Shown here: positions 13,450 to 26,769 of the stretch, piece by piece
How the letters are laid out: each line of letters opens with the position of its first letter
How positions within the stretch are numbered: the stretch's first letter is position 1
From: Vicugna vicugna
Lineage: Eukaryota
NCBI GenBank assembly: GCA_013265495.1
Contig: PNXW01004639.1
Coordinates: 310,001-374,000 of the forward strand
Direction: 5' to 3'
Length of the DNA stretch: 64,000 nucleotides
Made by a program: the position numbers and the translations under genes
Notes under the pieces: model-generated
What the model saw: the letters and a program-made list of their open reading frames with translations, nothing else
The model's database searches: none
What the model was told of the DNA's origin: nothing

Positions 13450-13910
13450 TGCTGTTTATCTACACCTGAGTACTACACCAACTGTAAAGGTTAAAAGCAT
13501 AAAAAATCTAAGTGCTACATGGCTCTTGAAGCTTTAAGAAAACTGAAGTTTTGAGCTGTGCTTTCCCCATCAGAGTGGCTGTCGGTGGAAGCTGCTGTCT
13601 CTGCCACCACCAGGAATCTGCCACTTCCTCCTGGCTTCGAAAGCAAGTTACATCTGCCCAAATCAGGAAGCTGCCCAATAGGACATCTGTCTATTGAATC
13701 CAGAATGTCCCACAACAGATTCCAGCTCACATAAATCACCTTCCCATCAGAATCTTGAGTGAGTTATTTGACTGGCATACGCTAAGTTGCATGAAGTGCA
13801 GTCGATGGAAGACAGTCTGGGAGAGGCATGTTGTTTGGATGCTGAGCTCCAGCAGTACTGGAAGGGGTGCCAGCAGGGCACTGGGATCAGTGTTGAATGA
13901 GCCAGTTCAT
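13450..13910 (-). mobile_element. old MaLR LTR (MLT1K/L-like)
   Basis: gaatcttgagtgagttatttgactggcatacgctaagttgcatg...gtctgggagaggca resembles the reverse MLT1 motif. Confidence 0.55.
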
Positions 13911-14326
13911 ATTTTTGCCAGGCTCTTGGTCCAGTCAATAACCACACATGCCCTGCTTCCCATTCTTAAATTTCAACAAAACAATAACAGACTCAACAGA
14001 AAAATGCTCTTAGCTCACCAACTGCAACTCTTCCTCATATGGACAAATATCCTCTATGCAGATAGATAATCCAAGATCTCAGCAGTCCCTACATTCATTT
14101 CTGGGTAATATCCATTCTTCCCTGCCATCTTTAAGCTGCAGCATATCCTGTAGAGTTAAAATTGAAGATCATGTACAAAAGCAGTAGAGAAAAGGGAGAA
14201 AAGATAAAGAAGGGATGTTATATACTTAAGAGCAACTAAGAAAATATTGGTAGTTTCTAAAGACCTATTTTTCTACAGCTTTCATGAGAACATAGGGGGT
14301 ATTTATAACTTTCTCCCTTTACTCTC

Positions 14327-14884
14327 TGTATTGGTCAAGGTTTTCCAATGAAACAGATTCTGTCTGTCTGTCTGTGGATCTATCAATCTATTTATGGATC
14401 TGTCAAGATTATTATAAGGAGTTGACTCACATGATTATGAAAGCTGAGAAGTCCCAAGATCTGCAGTCAATAAACTGGAGTCCCAGGAGAGGAGATGTGT
14501 AATTCTAGTCCAAGTGCGAAGGCCTGAGAACTGGGAGAGCAGGTGATGTAAATTCTAGCCTGAGACCTGACAGCCTCTGCACACAAGAAGAGCTGATGTT
14601 CTGGTCGGAATCTGAGGGCCAGAAAAGACCAACATCCCAGCTCAACAGTCAGGCAGGAGGAGTTAGTTCCCTTTTACAAATCCAAAAGGGGTCAGCTTTT
14701 TTTATTCCATTCAGGCTGATTGGGTGAAACCACCACACTGAGCTCAGTTTGCTTTACTCCGTCTACTGACTCCAATCTTAGTCTTATCCAGAAAGACCCT
14801 CACTGAAACACCCAGAATTAATGTTTGACCCAATATCTGGGCATCCTGGGGCCCAGTCAAATTCACATATAAAATTAATCATGC
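14327..14884 (-). mobile_element. MLT2 (ERVL) LTR
   Basis: tgtattggtcaaggttttccaatgaaacaga...gactcacatgattatgaaagctgagaagtcccaagatctgcagtc...ggcccagtcaaattcacatataaaattaatcat. Confidence 0.9.
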
Positions 14885-17800
14885 TTGTGAAAAGAGAAGG
14901 AACACGTGGGGACTGGACTCAGACATGGCTGCCCAGGAAGTACTCCAATCAATCAATACAAATATAAAATGATATAATAATGGAAATTAAGGCTCTGGAG
15001 TGAATAATTTTAATTTCCATCTCTGCTAACACTGAAGCAATTAGAGGGATGAAGAATGGCTATCACTCAATTAACAATCTGTTAAGGCATCTCATTAGTA
15101 GGTTAAAGGTTTGAGACTTGATAACAAATAATGCACCAGTCAACTCCAAGGGACAGAATGAAATGAAGTGGAAATAGGTTACTAGGTGAATGTAATTATA
15201 AAACATTTTACAGAGTTGACAGTTTATAAATAGAGGCAGAATAAATATATGAAGGAGCCTGAAGACGCAGCTTACTTTTTGCTTTACATTACTATTAACG
15301 TTCTTCTTCGCAGATTAATAGTTGTATCTGCCTTTAGCAGTAGAACAACCCACATTTCCTCAGCCACGTCTGTAATTAACATGTGAGGGATTAAACGTGT
15401 GTGTGTAATTACAGGTGCGTGGAGAGGCTGGTGTTCAAATTTTACCTGTTTCTAACAAACTCAGTCAATTGAAGAGATTAATTTTCAGTTGACTTTACAC
15501 TATGTGTGAATGTTGAGTAGTGCTGGACTTCAACATTTTTTGAAAAGAGGAAATACTCTCTAGAAGAAATTTATATTCGCTGAGATGAAAACAGTAGTAA
15601 TACTATGCACAGGATAAAGCACTTAAAGTCAAGAAATTTGTAGAAAATCTGTGGTGCCTCTAACTGGCTTTCAGAATTCATTACATTGCATGTTAACTGA
15701 TGTAAAAATGAATAGAGGAGGAATCCAAGGAAGAAATGAGGCAGATTTGCAGAATTTTGGGGGGTAGAGTCTCACATACAGCCTCTATAGATACAAGGGA
15801 GGACACGGGTTGTTCACAAAACTTAAATTCAGTGGGGGAGCTGATTCAATTTTTGAATTTATGTTTAGTTCCTCAATAACTTTCCTCTTTCCAGACCACC
15901 ATGTCCTTGAAAAGTTAATTTTGTTTTATCTTTGGATATAAGAGGCTTCACATGACAATGGAAGTTGAAAGCTTCCCAGGTAAAGATCCTTCAAAGAATA
16001 AGGGGCTCATGATAGGGAAGGATGAAAGACAACAGTTTATATCACTCAGTCGCTTTTAAGATTTTCATCAAATGCATCCCCTGCAGTGGAAACTTACTAG
16101 AGAAGCTTCCCAGCAGAGTTAAAAATCATAAAACAATGACATTGTTCTCTTTGTTTCTCTGAGCTTTCACACAGAAAGACAGCAACCAAACTGTGTATCA
16201 ACTTATTTTCTTCCCCTTTTGGTGTTAAAAAAAAAAAAAAGTCACTTACCCTGAGGTACCTGGCAGTAGTACACCGTTGAAGCAAAAGATACTTCGTTTT
16301 TGTTATCAGCTAGAAAAATACAACTTTACTCTCGGAGTGTTTGTATTTTATGGATTCTGATGTGACTACGCCATGTGTTTACTCAAGGACAAAAATCTTT
16401 CAAAACTCAAAAAAAGGAGTTCGTTGCAATTTTCAAAATAAATATTGACTTTTGACTGAAAAAAAAAAACGTTTACTAATACCTTTTCATCAGATGCCTA
16501 GAATTTGATATTTTAAAAATTGTGTATATGTTAAGGCAATGGCGAGAGTATATTTAAAAATAAGCATTTGCAACAATTAAGGGGGCTGCATTTTCTTATT
16601 TCTGGCACGTTGCCCATCTGTGACCTGTGATGATGTTTGCTCTGGAAACTTCCAGATGTAACAACTTTCTCCACTCCCACCTCTGTGTGATATGTTCCCT
16701 CCTGGGAGCAAAGCTATAAAGGGAACATGGTACACAGTGTCCTCAAAATGCCAAGTACAGTTTGAGTTGAGAAGCTTTCTTAAAATCGACATTGTAGCTG
16801 CTTCACCAAAAAGGTACAGAAAGCTGTACAAGTCTTGCTTTATGTTATATTGCAAGCTAATAAAAGTAGAAATTAATTCTCTTAGACAGTCATCGAGTAG
16901 AAGTTTGCTGTTAAACTGCCTTCTTGAGATTTAATTTTTAAAAATTCATTGATGTTGGCACTGAAAAGATACTCTCTGGGACAGGCTAGACTAATCTGGC
17001 TAAATTTCAACGGGGTTAATTGCACTTTTTTTCCTGGATATGCTGTTTCTCTTTATTCATATACATGTCGTCTTCTGCTGAATGACATTGAACACCTGTT
17101 ACATTTCATTTCTTTAAAGTTTCTGAATGTTAGGAAATGCCACCACATTAGTTTCAGTGTAAATGGTTTTGATTACATTTAGAATTAATTAGATTGCTAT
17201 TTTATTATAGTCCCTCTAAAATGGATAAATACATCCGAGGCAGGCATACCCTGTGACAACTAAATTAATACTGAAGCTGCTGTTATAAAATTTCATGAAG
17301 GAGGAGCAGTCGGTGCATTTGGCAGTGGTATTAAAGTACCCCCGAGTTTTCACCACAGCATCTCAGCCCCGCTACTCCCAAGGAAAGCTCCCGTTTGAGG
17401 AAGCCGACGTGTTACTCTACAGAAAGGTCAAAAGATTCAGTAAGGACTTAGGTGGACTCGTCAATTCTTTTCATTGTCTTCCGTGGAAACTCAACTATTG
17501 CTTGGACTTTTCTAGTTCCTACGGTGGCCCAGGAAATTAGCCCAATTCTCAATAACCTTTCATCCCCTGGCAGATGTTCGCCATGTCCCTCAGCTTGTCC
17601 CCTTCAGTAATGTCACTCGATTTGTCACCTACGATGATTGCTTTTGGCATCTCTTCACTGACTAATTTTTATAACCCCTCACATAGTGCGTCCAAACGCA
17701 TGTGGCTTTTAGATCATCTCTTGGATTTCTGTGTTGGCTACTTGTTGACAGGGGACAGGGCAGGGAGCTCCCCAACAGCCTCCCCAGAATCCCTGTTCAC

Positions 17801-18334
17801 TCTCCAGTTACCTGCAAAATGATGAAGAAAAGGGACTTTTTTTTTTTTTGGAATCTAATGTAAAATGTGCCTGAAGGTATCTTTCGACATTGCCATTTCT
17901 TTTGATGTGTGACATAGAAACAATGTGAAAACAGCAGACCTGCTTCTAAACACAACTTCAAGGCAAATCCCCTAGCACCTTTCCCAGTAAGCCTGCTACC
18001 CCTCGGCCCTGTGATCTGGAATCAGGACGTTCTGCGACCCTGGTGTGGTGCCCTGAAAGGAAAGGCAGAGCAGAAAGTGTCAGGGTGCTTCTCAGAAACC
18101 AACATGAGATGTCGTCTAAGACCCCAGAAGTGGGGGGAGAGTCTGAGGAAACCGAGGGTTGTGTGTTAGGCAGATGTGAACACAGCAAAAGCCAGTGCAA
18201 ATCGAATTATTACTGCTAATAACAGTAATTATAATGCAGAAAATGTCTGTGGTCCCTGCCACTGACTTGCTGAGTTAACAGTCAGGGCACCGCCCGACCT
18301 GAGAAGCAGCATCACTGAGAGGAAGAGTGACACC

Positions 18335-18510
18335 AAAGGGTAGCAAACTTTTTTTTCATCGTCTCCTGCAGGGCTTGTTAAAACAGCAGTACCAGGCTCC
18401 ACCCCCGAGAATTTCTGGCTTAGGAGCTCTTTGGAAAGGAATTTGTACTTCTAAATATCTCAGGTGAGGCTGAGGCTCCTGGCCAGGGGATGATATGCTG
18501 AAAACCACTG
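18335..18510. mobile_element. MER5A-like hAT-Charlie MITE
   Basis: gggcttgttaaaacagcagtaccaggctccacccccgagaatttctg...aatttgtacttctaa...ctcaggtgaggctg...aaaccactg. Confidence 0.75.
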
Positions 18511-19399
18511 TGTTACAGCAGATGTGGACACAGGAAGGTACAGCAGAGAGCTTGACCCACCAGTGGCGCATTCTTCATGGAAGGGGGTAAGCCGGGGGAC
18601 TTCTGTTCTTAAAATTCTTTTGGAGCAAGAGAAGAGCCAGGGACAACTTTAGGCATTATGTTCATTTGTCACTAATGCTGAAAAGGTCAATGAAGGAAGG
18701 AAGCTGCAACTTCAGCTTTTACTTTCATTAAACAGAGATGAGGAAGCTGCCACTGCATTCTCCAATCTAAAGCATGAAGTATTTTCAGCCTGCACTACTG
18801 CAATCTTCCACAGCCTGTGCTTGCATTTTTTTTTTTTTTTGAATTGGGTTAAAGGAAAATCAAAACTCTTGCAGGGGACGCTGAATTACAGGGAGCAAGG
18901 ATTCGCTTCGCTTAAGTTTTAATTAGGAAGATTGCAATTTAATGGCAACGCCCAAACAATAACTGTGGTATAACCAAAGCCCGTGGAACCTGGAGAGAAA
19001 TTCCAAAGTCCAGCAAGCCGAAGGGCAGGCATTCTTGGACTGGCCGATTGCACAGTGTGGTTGCGACTGCAGGATTTCTGCCTAACCGCATGTTCAGTGA
19101 CTTCACGTTGGTAGCCTTACACTGGCCAGGCTGGGGTGTTCGCGCCACAGAAACTGCCAAACTGTCAAATGCTGCTCATCGGCGATCTTGTTCACATCCT
19201 GTGTATTAATCAGGTGCCTGCACGTGACTGCCTTCGGTTCTGGCTGCTTTTCTTTCATGCCCTTAGACTTTCTCCTGTTTTACAGCTTCTTTTTTTTTTT
19301 TTTTTTTTTGGTTATGATTTCTTTTTTAGCTCTTCTTGAAAATTATCATGTGATTTTTCTGTATTCCCCCCAAGCAGTTACAATCTGATTCTGGTATTT

Positions 19400-19580
19400 T
19401 TCTTTTCTCCTCCCCAAACTCATGGAACGATCTGTGGATCGCATCCTTGGGTCAGATGCCCACCTGTAAATCCCCTGCATCCACGCTGGTGCATTTTACT
19501 GTATAAAACACAGCTGTAGCCAGAATCGGAGGAGGAAGTCCCCTTAGAAGGGGTGGCTGTGGCTGTTAGACACTGCAAAT
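19400..19580 (-). mobile_element. old MaLR LTR fragment (MLT1K-like)
   Basis: ccttgggtcagatgcccacctg...gaggaagtccccttagaagggg...gttagaca. Confidence 0.5.
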
Positions 19581-20704
19581 GACGCATTTAATCTGACTAT
19601 GCTATTTCTTTCCCCATCAAGCATTCCGTCTTAGTGAACTTATTATTTTAGCTTACAGGGTTTGGTTTGATTTGGCTTTTGCATTTTGCCTCTTGCTCAG
19701 TACAATTTTTTGTTTGTCACTTTGTTTTTTAATTTTTTACTGTTGTTTTCTGTGAACATCTCTAAACAAACTGGCAGTTGGTACTTTTTCAGTCATTTTG
19801 CTTTTAGCAGACCTAAAAAAAGGACTTCTGGGTCTTTGGAAATTAGGGGGAAATATTGACTTGAAACATGCTATATCTCATCTAGTGTGTCTAATAATGA
19901 AATTCTTTCTTTTTAAAAAATAGAATTTATTTAATAGTGTGGAATACTTTAACAGGATATTTTAAAAATAAAAGACATTTTCTATTTAGATGATATAATA
20001 TTCTGGTGAGATAGATACAAGGTGACAGCCCTTTATTCGGTTAGATAGCATTCTTCTGAGAGTTATTTTCCACAATTTAAATCAAACTTATTTCTAGCAA
20101 AATAACTGGCAAATTAGGATCAGTCAGCAAAGAAGGGAGCAAAGATGACGAGATTATTTGCATTTTAAAGAGTCAAGGGAAGAGGATGGATTGTACAATG
20201 AAGGCATCATAAATAAATATCTGATGATCTTCAACAATACACCCAGATTTAATCAGTCAAGACCAATAAGAACAAAGATACTGAAATTACTACCTGTTGC
20301 TACTAAGAAGTGACACTATTACCATATAAAAAGCAGAATAATGGAAATACACAGCAGAAGATAGATCAACTTGAAGCCTGTGGGAACATGCTTGATTTAG
20401 TTGCGTAAGTTAATTGATTTTTAAAATGCGTTTAGTTGAAACAAAAAAATCAGAAAATTCTTATAGTGCCTGTGAGAATTTCTTCTTATTAGACAAGATT
20501 CTACTGATTGTAATATACAGGCTTTTTATTTGAATGACCCTAATGTAAAGAATTTCAGTTAATCATAAGACTTTAAAGAAACAAATTTGGTTTGATTCCA
20601 AAATTTTTGTGATAAAGGTTACAATCACCAGTTAAAAGGCAGTATCCATAAAGTGTTTTGTGAGAGCAAGTTAGTCATTAAATCTCAAAGGGCATTTTCA
20701 GAAA

Positions 20705-20810
20705 GATCCATAATTCATGCACTGAGCAAACATTTTCCGAGATCCTATTATGGCAAGGCTGCTTGCCAAGTGATGGGTGGGCTGCAAAGTTGAATAAAAC
20801 AGGAAGGTTG
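20705..20810 (-). mobile_element. L2 3' end fragment
   Basis: attcatgcactgagcaaacattttccgagatcctattatggcaaggc...tgaataaaacag. Confidence 0.6.
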
Positions 20811-20812
20811 CA

Positions 20813-20944
20813 GGGGAGGGTGTAGCTCAAATGGTAGAGTGCATGCTTAGCATGCATGAGGCCCTGAGTTCAATCCCCGGTACCACCATTAGAAAAAATA
20901 ATAAATAAGTAGACCTAATGACCTACTCCCCTCAAAAAAAGGAG
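20813..20944 (+). mobile_element. tRNA-Ala-derived SINE (camelid vic-1-like)
   Basis: ggggagggtgtagctcaaatggtagagtgcatgcttagcatgcatgaggccctgagttcaatccccggtacc head with A/B boxes, A-rich body and tail, degenerate TSD acaggaaggttgca / acagggaggttaca. Confidence 0.9.
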
Positions 20945-22974
20945 AGACAGGGAGGTTACATTCAAGGAAGATACAGTTTTAATGCCACAGCCAAGACCTA
21001 GAAAACTGGGTTGCTAAAAATGCAAGGGGGTGTTACTTCCTCCAGTGGAGAAAGTTTTTCATGTATAACTTGCTCATGAGTACTTTCCTCCCTCTCTTCT
21101 GCTATCAGAATAATCTCTCCAGGATATTTGAATATCTCAGGCTCTTTATACCTCCAGGTGATGGCTAATACAAATACATTTCTATTTGCTGGATTTCAGG
21201 CAATGGAACCATGCTAGGGGGAGGTTGACAGCGAGGATGGGGAAGGTGTTTGAGGATTGGACGATTCCTAGTGTGCCAAAACCACGGTATGTAGATTAAG
21301 AATCGCTCATCCTTTGCATTCCCAGGAGTTTGTCTGCCCTGTGATCAGGTCCTTGGCTGGACATCAGATGATGTAGTTTTTGATTAAAGGTAGTACGTAT
21401 AAAAGACCAAAGGCTACTCCATTTTCTTGACCTTATGTGGCCTTTCTGGAAAAAGGCACATACTGCCATGATGCATTTATAAACTCTGTGGGACACAGAT
21501 GCTAAAATGCTGAGGTGCCCAGTGAGGAATCAAATTTCAGTAATCAACAGTGTCCTTGGGTACCTTCATTGTGCGTGGGACCTTTCCACACCTGGAAACC
21601 CAGACTCAGAGAGCAGGAGCCACGCTGAGAATTAAACTGGGGCTGGGGTTGAAAAGAGGGTGGATCAGGAAGTCAGAGGTCAAAAGCACTAGAAGGTCAA
21701 AGCCACGGAGTTCCTCAAAAGCTCAAGTCCGCATGCAGATTGTTGGTCAGGAAGGCGCAGTCCACAAACCCGGCCAATCAGAAGAGAGGAGGGGACATTG
21801 AAACAGAGGCAGACATGATACGCGCAGGAGTTTTCATCCGTTTCTTACTCTTGCAAGAGCCAACACTTGATATCAGATTGAGGGTAGACTAAAACTTGGG
21901 GACTCAGGGTAGGCATGAGGGGGTCAGATCTTCATCATTTGATTTACTTCTATCTCCGGTGAATGAGGGCAAGAGAGATACCTGATTATAACAGAATATT
22001 ATTTATATTATAACAGAATTCCTGAATCACTCACCTAGGTGTTTGATGCAAAAATAAATTCAAATATAAAAATGAATCAACCTCCTCCACTTTTGGGAAT
22101 TTTTGTAGCAATGTCCCATATGAAGAGATTCATTCTCCTGAAGCCTAACTTACTATGTTTCTTCCTGTCAGCTATTTTAAGTGAAAATATATTAGATAAG
22201 GTAACCAACCATCTATTGTGTGTTTTAAGTGTCAAGTACTTGATAGAACTTACTTTTCCTATTTTTGGGGGTCTGACTCATCTTCATGTGAAGATTAAGA
22301 TACTACGTTTTGTCAAAGTTATTCTACTAGTAAATGGTAAATTTTTGAAAGACCTCTTTTTCATATTCCTCATGCCAAAGGCCACAACCAGTTTTAGATG
22401 TACTAGTCTGCCTGCAAAGCATCTTGGCAAAGGAGTTAATTTAGCACTCGAGGTTGATCAGTACTTTTAAGGCAGCTGCTGTCAAATGAGTGGCTGTAAT
22501 TCCATGTATTCAATAGCCAGAAATTAGGCTACCATAGATGTGGAAAACTGAAACCTGTATCCAAGGGCAGTGACAGCAGGATAACACTTAAACCCTGAAT
22601 TGCTTGGCTGCTCTGAGGGAAGGTGGTTAGAGGTTCCTTAGGTTGGAGAGGAAGATGGTGGAAGAAGAGGGTCCAGAAAATTATCCCAGGTAATCCTGGA
22701 TGCCACTTTGAGCATCACAGGCTGCTACTGGGATTCCTGAGCAGAACCAACTCATCCTTTCGAAACAGATTCTAACACGGACCAGGAAGAAGGAACCAGT
22801 CCCCTGCTGACCAGCGTAATGGGGACAAATTGTTGCAGTTCTCTGTGGGATGTGATTGCACTTACAGCTCAGACTCAGATTAGAATATACTCTTGTGAGA
22901 GAGGATGGCTACCCTCTCTTTAGGTATTTAATTTGCTGTAACCATTGCTGCTTGCAGTTTTCCTCTGGTGATCT

Positions 22975-23489
22975 TGTTACTGAGTCCAAACTTTGTTGGG
23001 TGCACAACAGGCCAATAAATTGGGAGACAAGGTGTGGGGGCAAGGAATAATGATTTTAGTTGGAAAGCCAGCAGACCGAGAAGATGGCAGACTAATTTCC
23101 TAGAGAACCATCTTACCGAAGTCAGAATTTAGGCTCCTTTTGTACTAAAAAGGGGAGAGGGTGTGGTTGGTTGTTGCAGGCGTCTGGTGTTGGAATCCTT
23201 TGTTCTTGCAGTGGTCCACCTAGGTCAGGTCACAATGTTCCTGTGAACTTCCAACAAGATGAATGTTATTTTCTATCCTGCAACTTTTTATCTTTATATG
23301 ATTAGGAAAGTGTTATATCCTTAGAGATCAGAGCCTTGAGAATGGACTGTCCTGTATATATCAGGCAATAGGCAACATTCCTTTACAAAAGGTGCAGAAG
23401 CAGCATGACTAAGCACTGGAAACAGAGCCCAGGGCTGGAGCCACAGGAACAAATCTAATACAGAGTCAGCTTTGTTCTCCCCTATTACA
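22975..23489 (-). mobile_element. ERV1-type solo LTR
   Basis: tgttac...attaca termini, 4-bp TSD atct/gtct (1 mismatch), body gaaagccagcagaccgagaagatggcagacta. Confidence 0.8.
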
Positions 23490-26303
23490 GTCTGAATCCA
23501 TGTTACATTCGGGAGGGGTGATGAGGCTAACTTGGCCATCCAGCCATGTTATCTAATCAGTCAGGGCTTACCTTAAATTGTACTAGAGGATTGTATTTTG
23601 GCCTCTGTCTGCACTCCTGTTGTGACATGGGCTTGGGTCTGCACATTCCTGGGGGCTGGAATAAAGCAGAGGGAGATGTCTAAGGACACTACCATCTCTC
23701 TGCTCCATCCAGCCCTCTCTCTCAGACTGCATCCTATTGTGTAGTTCAACGCCAACATGATGCAGCTGTGCACAGTTCCCAGCATTCTTCCTGCAGTCTC
23801 CTGCATGTCAGAATCCTGCCCGTTCTCATAGAAAGAGGCTAAAAGTGGCCCTTTCTTAACAAGGAAGTTTGATATTTGAAAATGAATTTTCTTTTTAAAA
23901 AACTATCTTGGATTTTAACAATTAGTTTCCAAGCATCTGTGCATTCTACTCATTTCAGTGTCTTATCAACTTCTGAGCTGCCTTTCATTCATTACAAACT
24001 ACAAAGCTAAGATAGTTTCTCTTTTTAATATTTTAAAAAATTAACTAAAATCTTGGCATGGCTTTATCATCTTGGCTTACTGTGTGCTCTCTCACACTGT
24101 AAGTTAGCCTCTGTTTATAATATTAAAGGTCAGACAGAAAATTCCATCTTTCTAGGTGGTTTTTTTTTTTTTTTTGAATGAGCAGACTCTAAGCTATTCC
24201 TTGACCCACCGTAGTTTACAGTCTTTGGGGTAAAGTTCCCACTTCCTACTTGCAAATATGTTTCTACTTGCCATTTTAAAATGACTGTCACCTTTGGAGG
24301 TGGGAGAATGTCTTCCTTTGTCACAATGGCAACGAGAGGCGCAAGTGACAATCCCTTTCCTTAAGGTTGGGGATGGCACAAAGCTGTCAGTTTTTAAAAT
24401 GACACCGTGGTTCAGCCTTTCTAGAAGGTGGTGCTTTCATTTTTGACTCCTGCTGTTCCTGACAGTTAAAGTGGCAGCAGGAGGCAGAAACTAAAGTGAG
24501 TTCTCTTGGCATTGCCCTCAGGTAGAAATTAATAATAGAAGAAGCCGGCCTCGGCTTAAAAACAGTTAGTGTCAGATGTCACGCCATGGCTGGTGACCAA
24601 TCCCCTAATGAGGTGACCCGAACTGTCCACAAGTTTCCAAAGCTAGACTTAATTCTCAAACTTGCTTACAGTGTTAATCTGTGTTCTTATACTTGGAGAG
24701 CAGTTGATGTGTTCCGGAAGGTTATGTTCTGCTTCAAGAATGATGCCCCCCAAATTGCAACTGTCTGTTCTCACTAAACCCTCAATTACTTGGAGGGCTT
24801 TGAATTTTATAAATTGTGCAAGGTGTGTTTTTCTTTTCACTCTGACTGTGTTGCTGATTTCTGATGAATTAATATTCACTTTTTTTTTTCATGGAAGAGC
24901 CCTATGTGGCATCAGATAGCTCTGCTGATCTCAACCTAAACATGAGCTCCGTGGCTTTACAGATTTATTGGAACTGTGTAGACTCGTCTAGTTTACTAGT
25001 TTATTTATGAGTGGCTGGATTTTATTGTATCTCTTCTTTGTCAGATGCCTCCTAGTTCTGCTCCATCAGCTCCTTTGTATCTAATATTTGCAGTTTCTTT
25101 CTTTGTGGGTAGATGCTCTGTTCCCAGGGCTTGGTATCTGGACACAATAGAATTTAAATGATCTTCTCCCAAACCCCACTTTGCTAGTTGAATTCCTATA
25201 CTCAGCTCTGGGACTAAGCCAGGGCACTTAGCTATGCGGTTATGTATGAGATACACATTCTGTCTTTTTGCTCAATAAATTTTCATATTAGTTCCTCTGG
25301 TACTTGAAAAATGCCTTAGCATGTGCTTTAAAGTCTTGCACGAGCTCCCTTTCCTTGGCCGTCGCTGATGTGTATTGATTGATTTGGCACTTCCTTAACT
25401 CCATTTTATAATCTTTTTAGCTCTCTCAAATGCCTCTTTCTCCAACTTGATTAACTTTTGTGTTTCTTGTTTATCCATTTTGGTCCATTTTATCCAGCGT
25501 ATTTTCCTTACTCTGAGGCAAGATAAATCATCCTTTAACAATTCCCCACTTCCTTTGGGTTTTGTATTGATTATTGATTACATCTGTTTAACTCCACCTA
25601 CTTGTAACTGTCCAAAACTGTTTTATGCAGACTGTTTACCCATTTAATGTTACTTTGGTAATGACTGATTGGCATCAGAAGTTTAACTCTTTCATTATAT
25701 ATTCCTAATCTGTCATTCTTGTTACAATCTAAATTAGGTGTTACTCCTTTTTTACCACTTCATGTTAAGAAACAATGTTTTCTCCATAATACCCACAAGT
25801 TACTCATAAAATTTCTGTTTTAAAAATAAGACCTAGCTTACCTTTGATATTTTGGATTGTAGGAATACACTGATTCACTCTTAGTAAGTTCATTAAAATA
25901 TTCCTCACTGCCTGTTTTTCCCTTTGTGTGTATTTGTGTACATATGAGGAAAGGCAATCTCATCATTTGCTCTGACGCAGATGTTGGAGGACTGCAGGAA
26001 GTGACTTTGAAAGAATTGAAATTTGACCTGTAACAACTTCCTCTTAAGGTCACTGATCAAAACTATGTCAAATATTTCACTGTTGTCACAGGTTAGTGCT
26101 ACCCACAGCTGCATCTTCTTGTCTTTTGTCCACAAAAATTCGGGTTTGGTGAAATAAAGACAGATACGGTTGGGAGGATTTAATTTTTTATTTTATATTT
26201 CTAGCGAGAAAAGCACAGTAATAGGAGGGAGTGGAAACATTGTAATATATGCAAATTGATTTAATTTCTTAGTTCCTGAAGAGGTGACCAGTGAGGCTTT
26301 TAC

Positions 26304-26324
26304 TGTGTGTGTGTGTGCGCGCGC
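26304..26324. repeat. (TG)n(CG)n alternating purine-pyrimidine tract
   Basis: tgtgtgtgtgtgtgcgcgcgc. Confidence 0.9.
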
Positions 26325-26769
26325 TCTTGTGAGATCTGTTCCACTTGTGAGGCAGATCAAACATAATCGTTCTAAGATATGTATATATTAGTATGAAATT
26401 AGTACATAACCCTCACAATTTCTCAGGAAAAAGTTCACTTCTAATCGCCAGTAATATACCAAATCATAATGAAGAACTCTCATGAGTACACTGGAAGAAA
26501 ATAAGCTAAAATATACCAATTTCAAGTTTTTGTGTCTTTCATTCCAACTTCAGCTATAGTTTGCACGAGTTTTTTTGTTTGTTTATTTTTATTTTTATTT
26601 TTTTAAGGCTGCAGAGATATCATTGCAAGGCGGCTATGTTTCCTGGGGGCATCTGTAAATGGGTTGTCTCTCTCGCTGGGGAGCGGCCCTGGCATCAAGC
26701 AAAAGAATAAAATAGAGGAAGTGTAATTGAGAGGTCCTCCCACCCATTGTTAAAATTCCTAATTATTAA

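Noticed and set aside
18555..18572. CTCF site (ccaccagtggcgc)
   Set aside because: One base short of the CCASYAGRKGGCRS spacing
20813..20888. Functional tRNA-Ala(AGC) gene
   Set aside because: The acceptor stem has mismatches (the Ala identity pair G3:U70 is G:A), and there is a SINE body, A tail and TSD, with related copies elsewhere in the window
22039..22470. 143-aa hydrophobic ORF
   Set aside because: GTG start, composition typical of T-rich non-coding DNA, no recognisable domain or splice context
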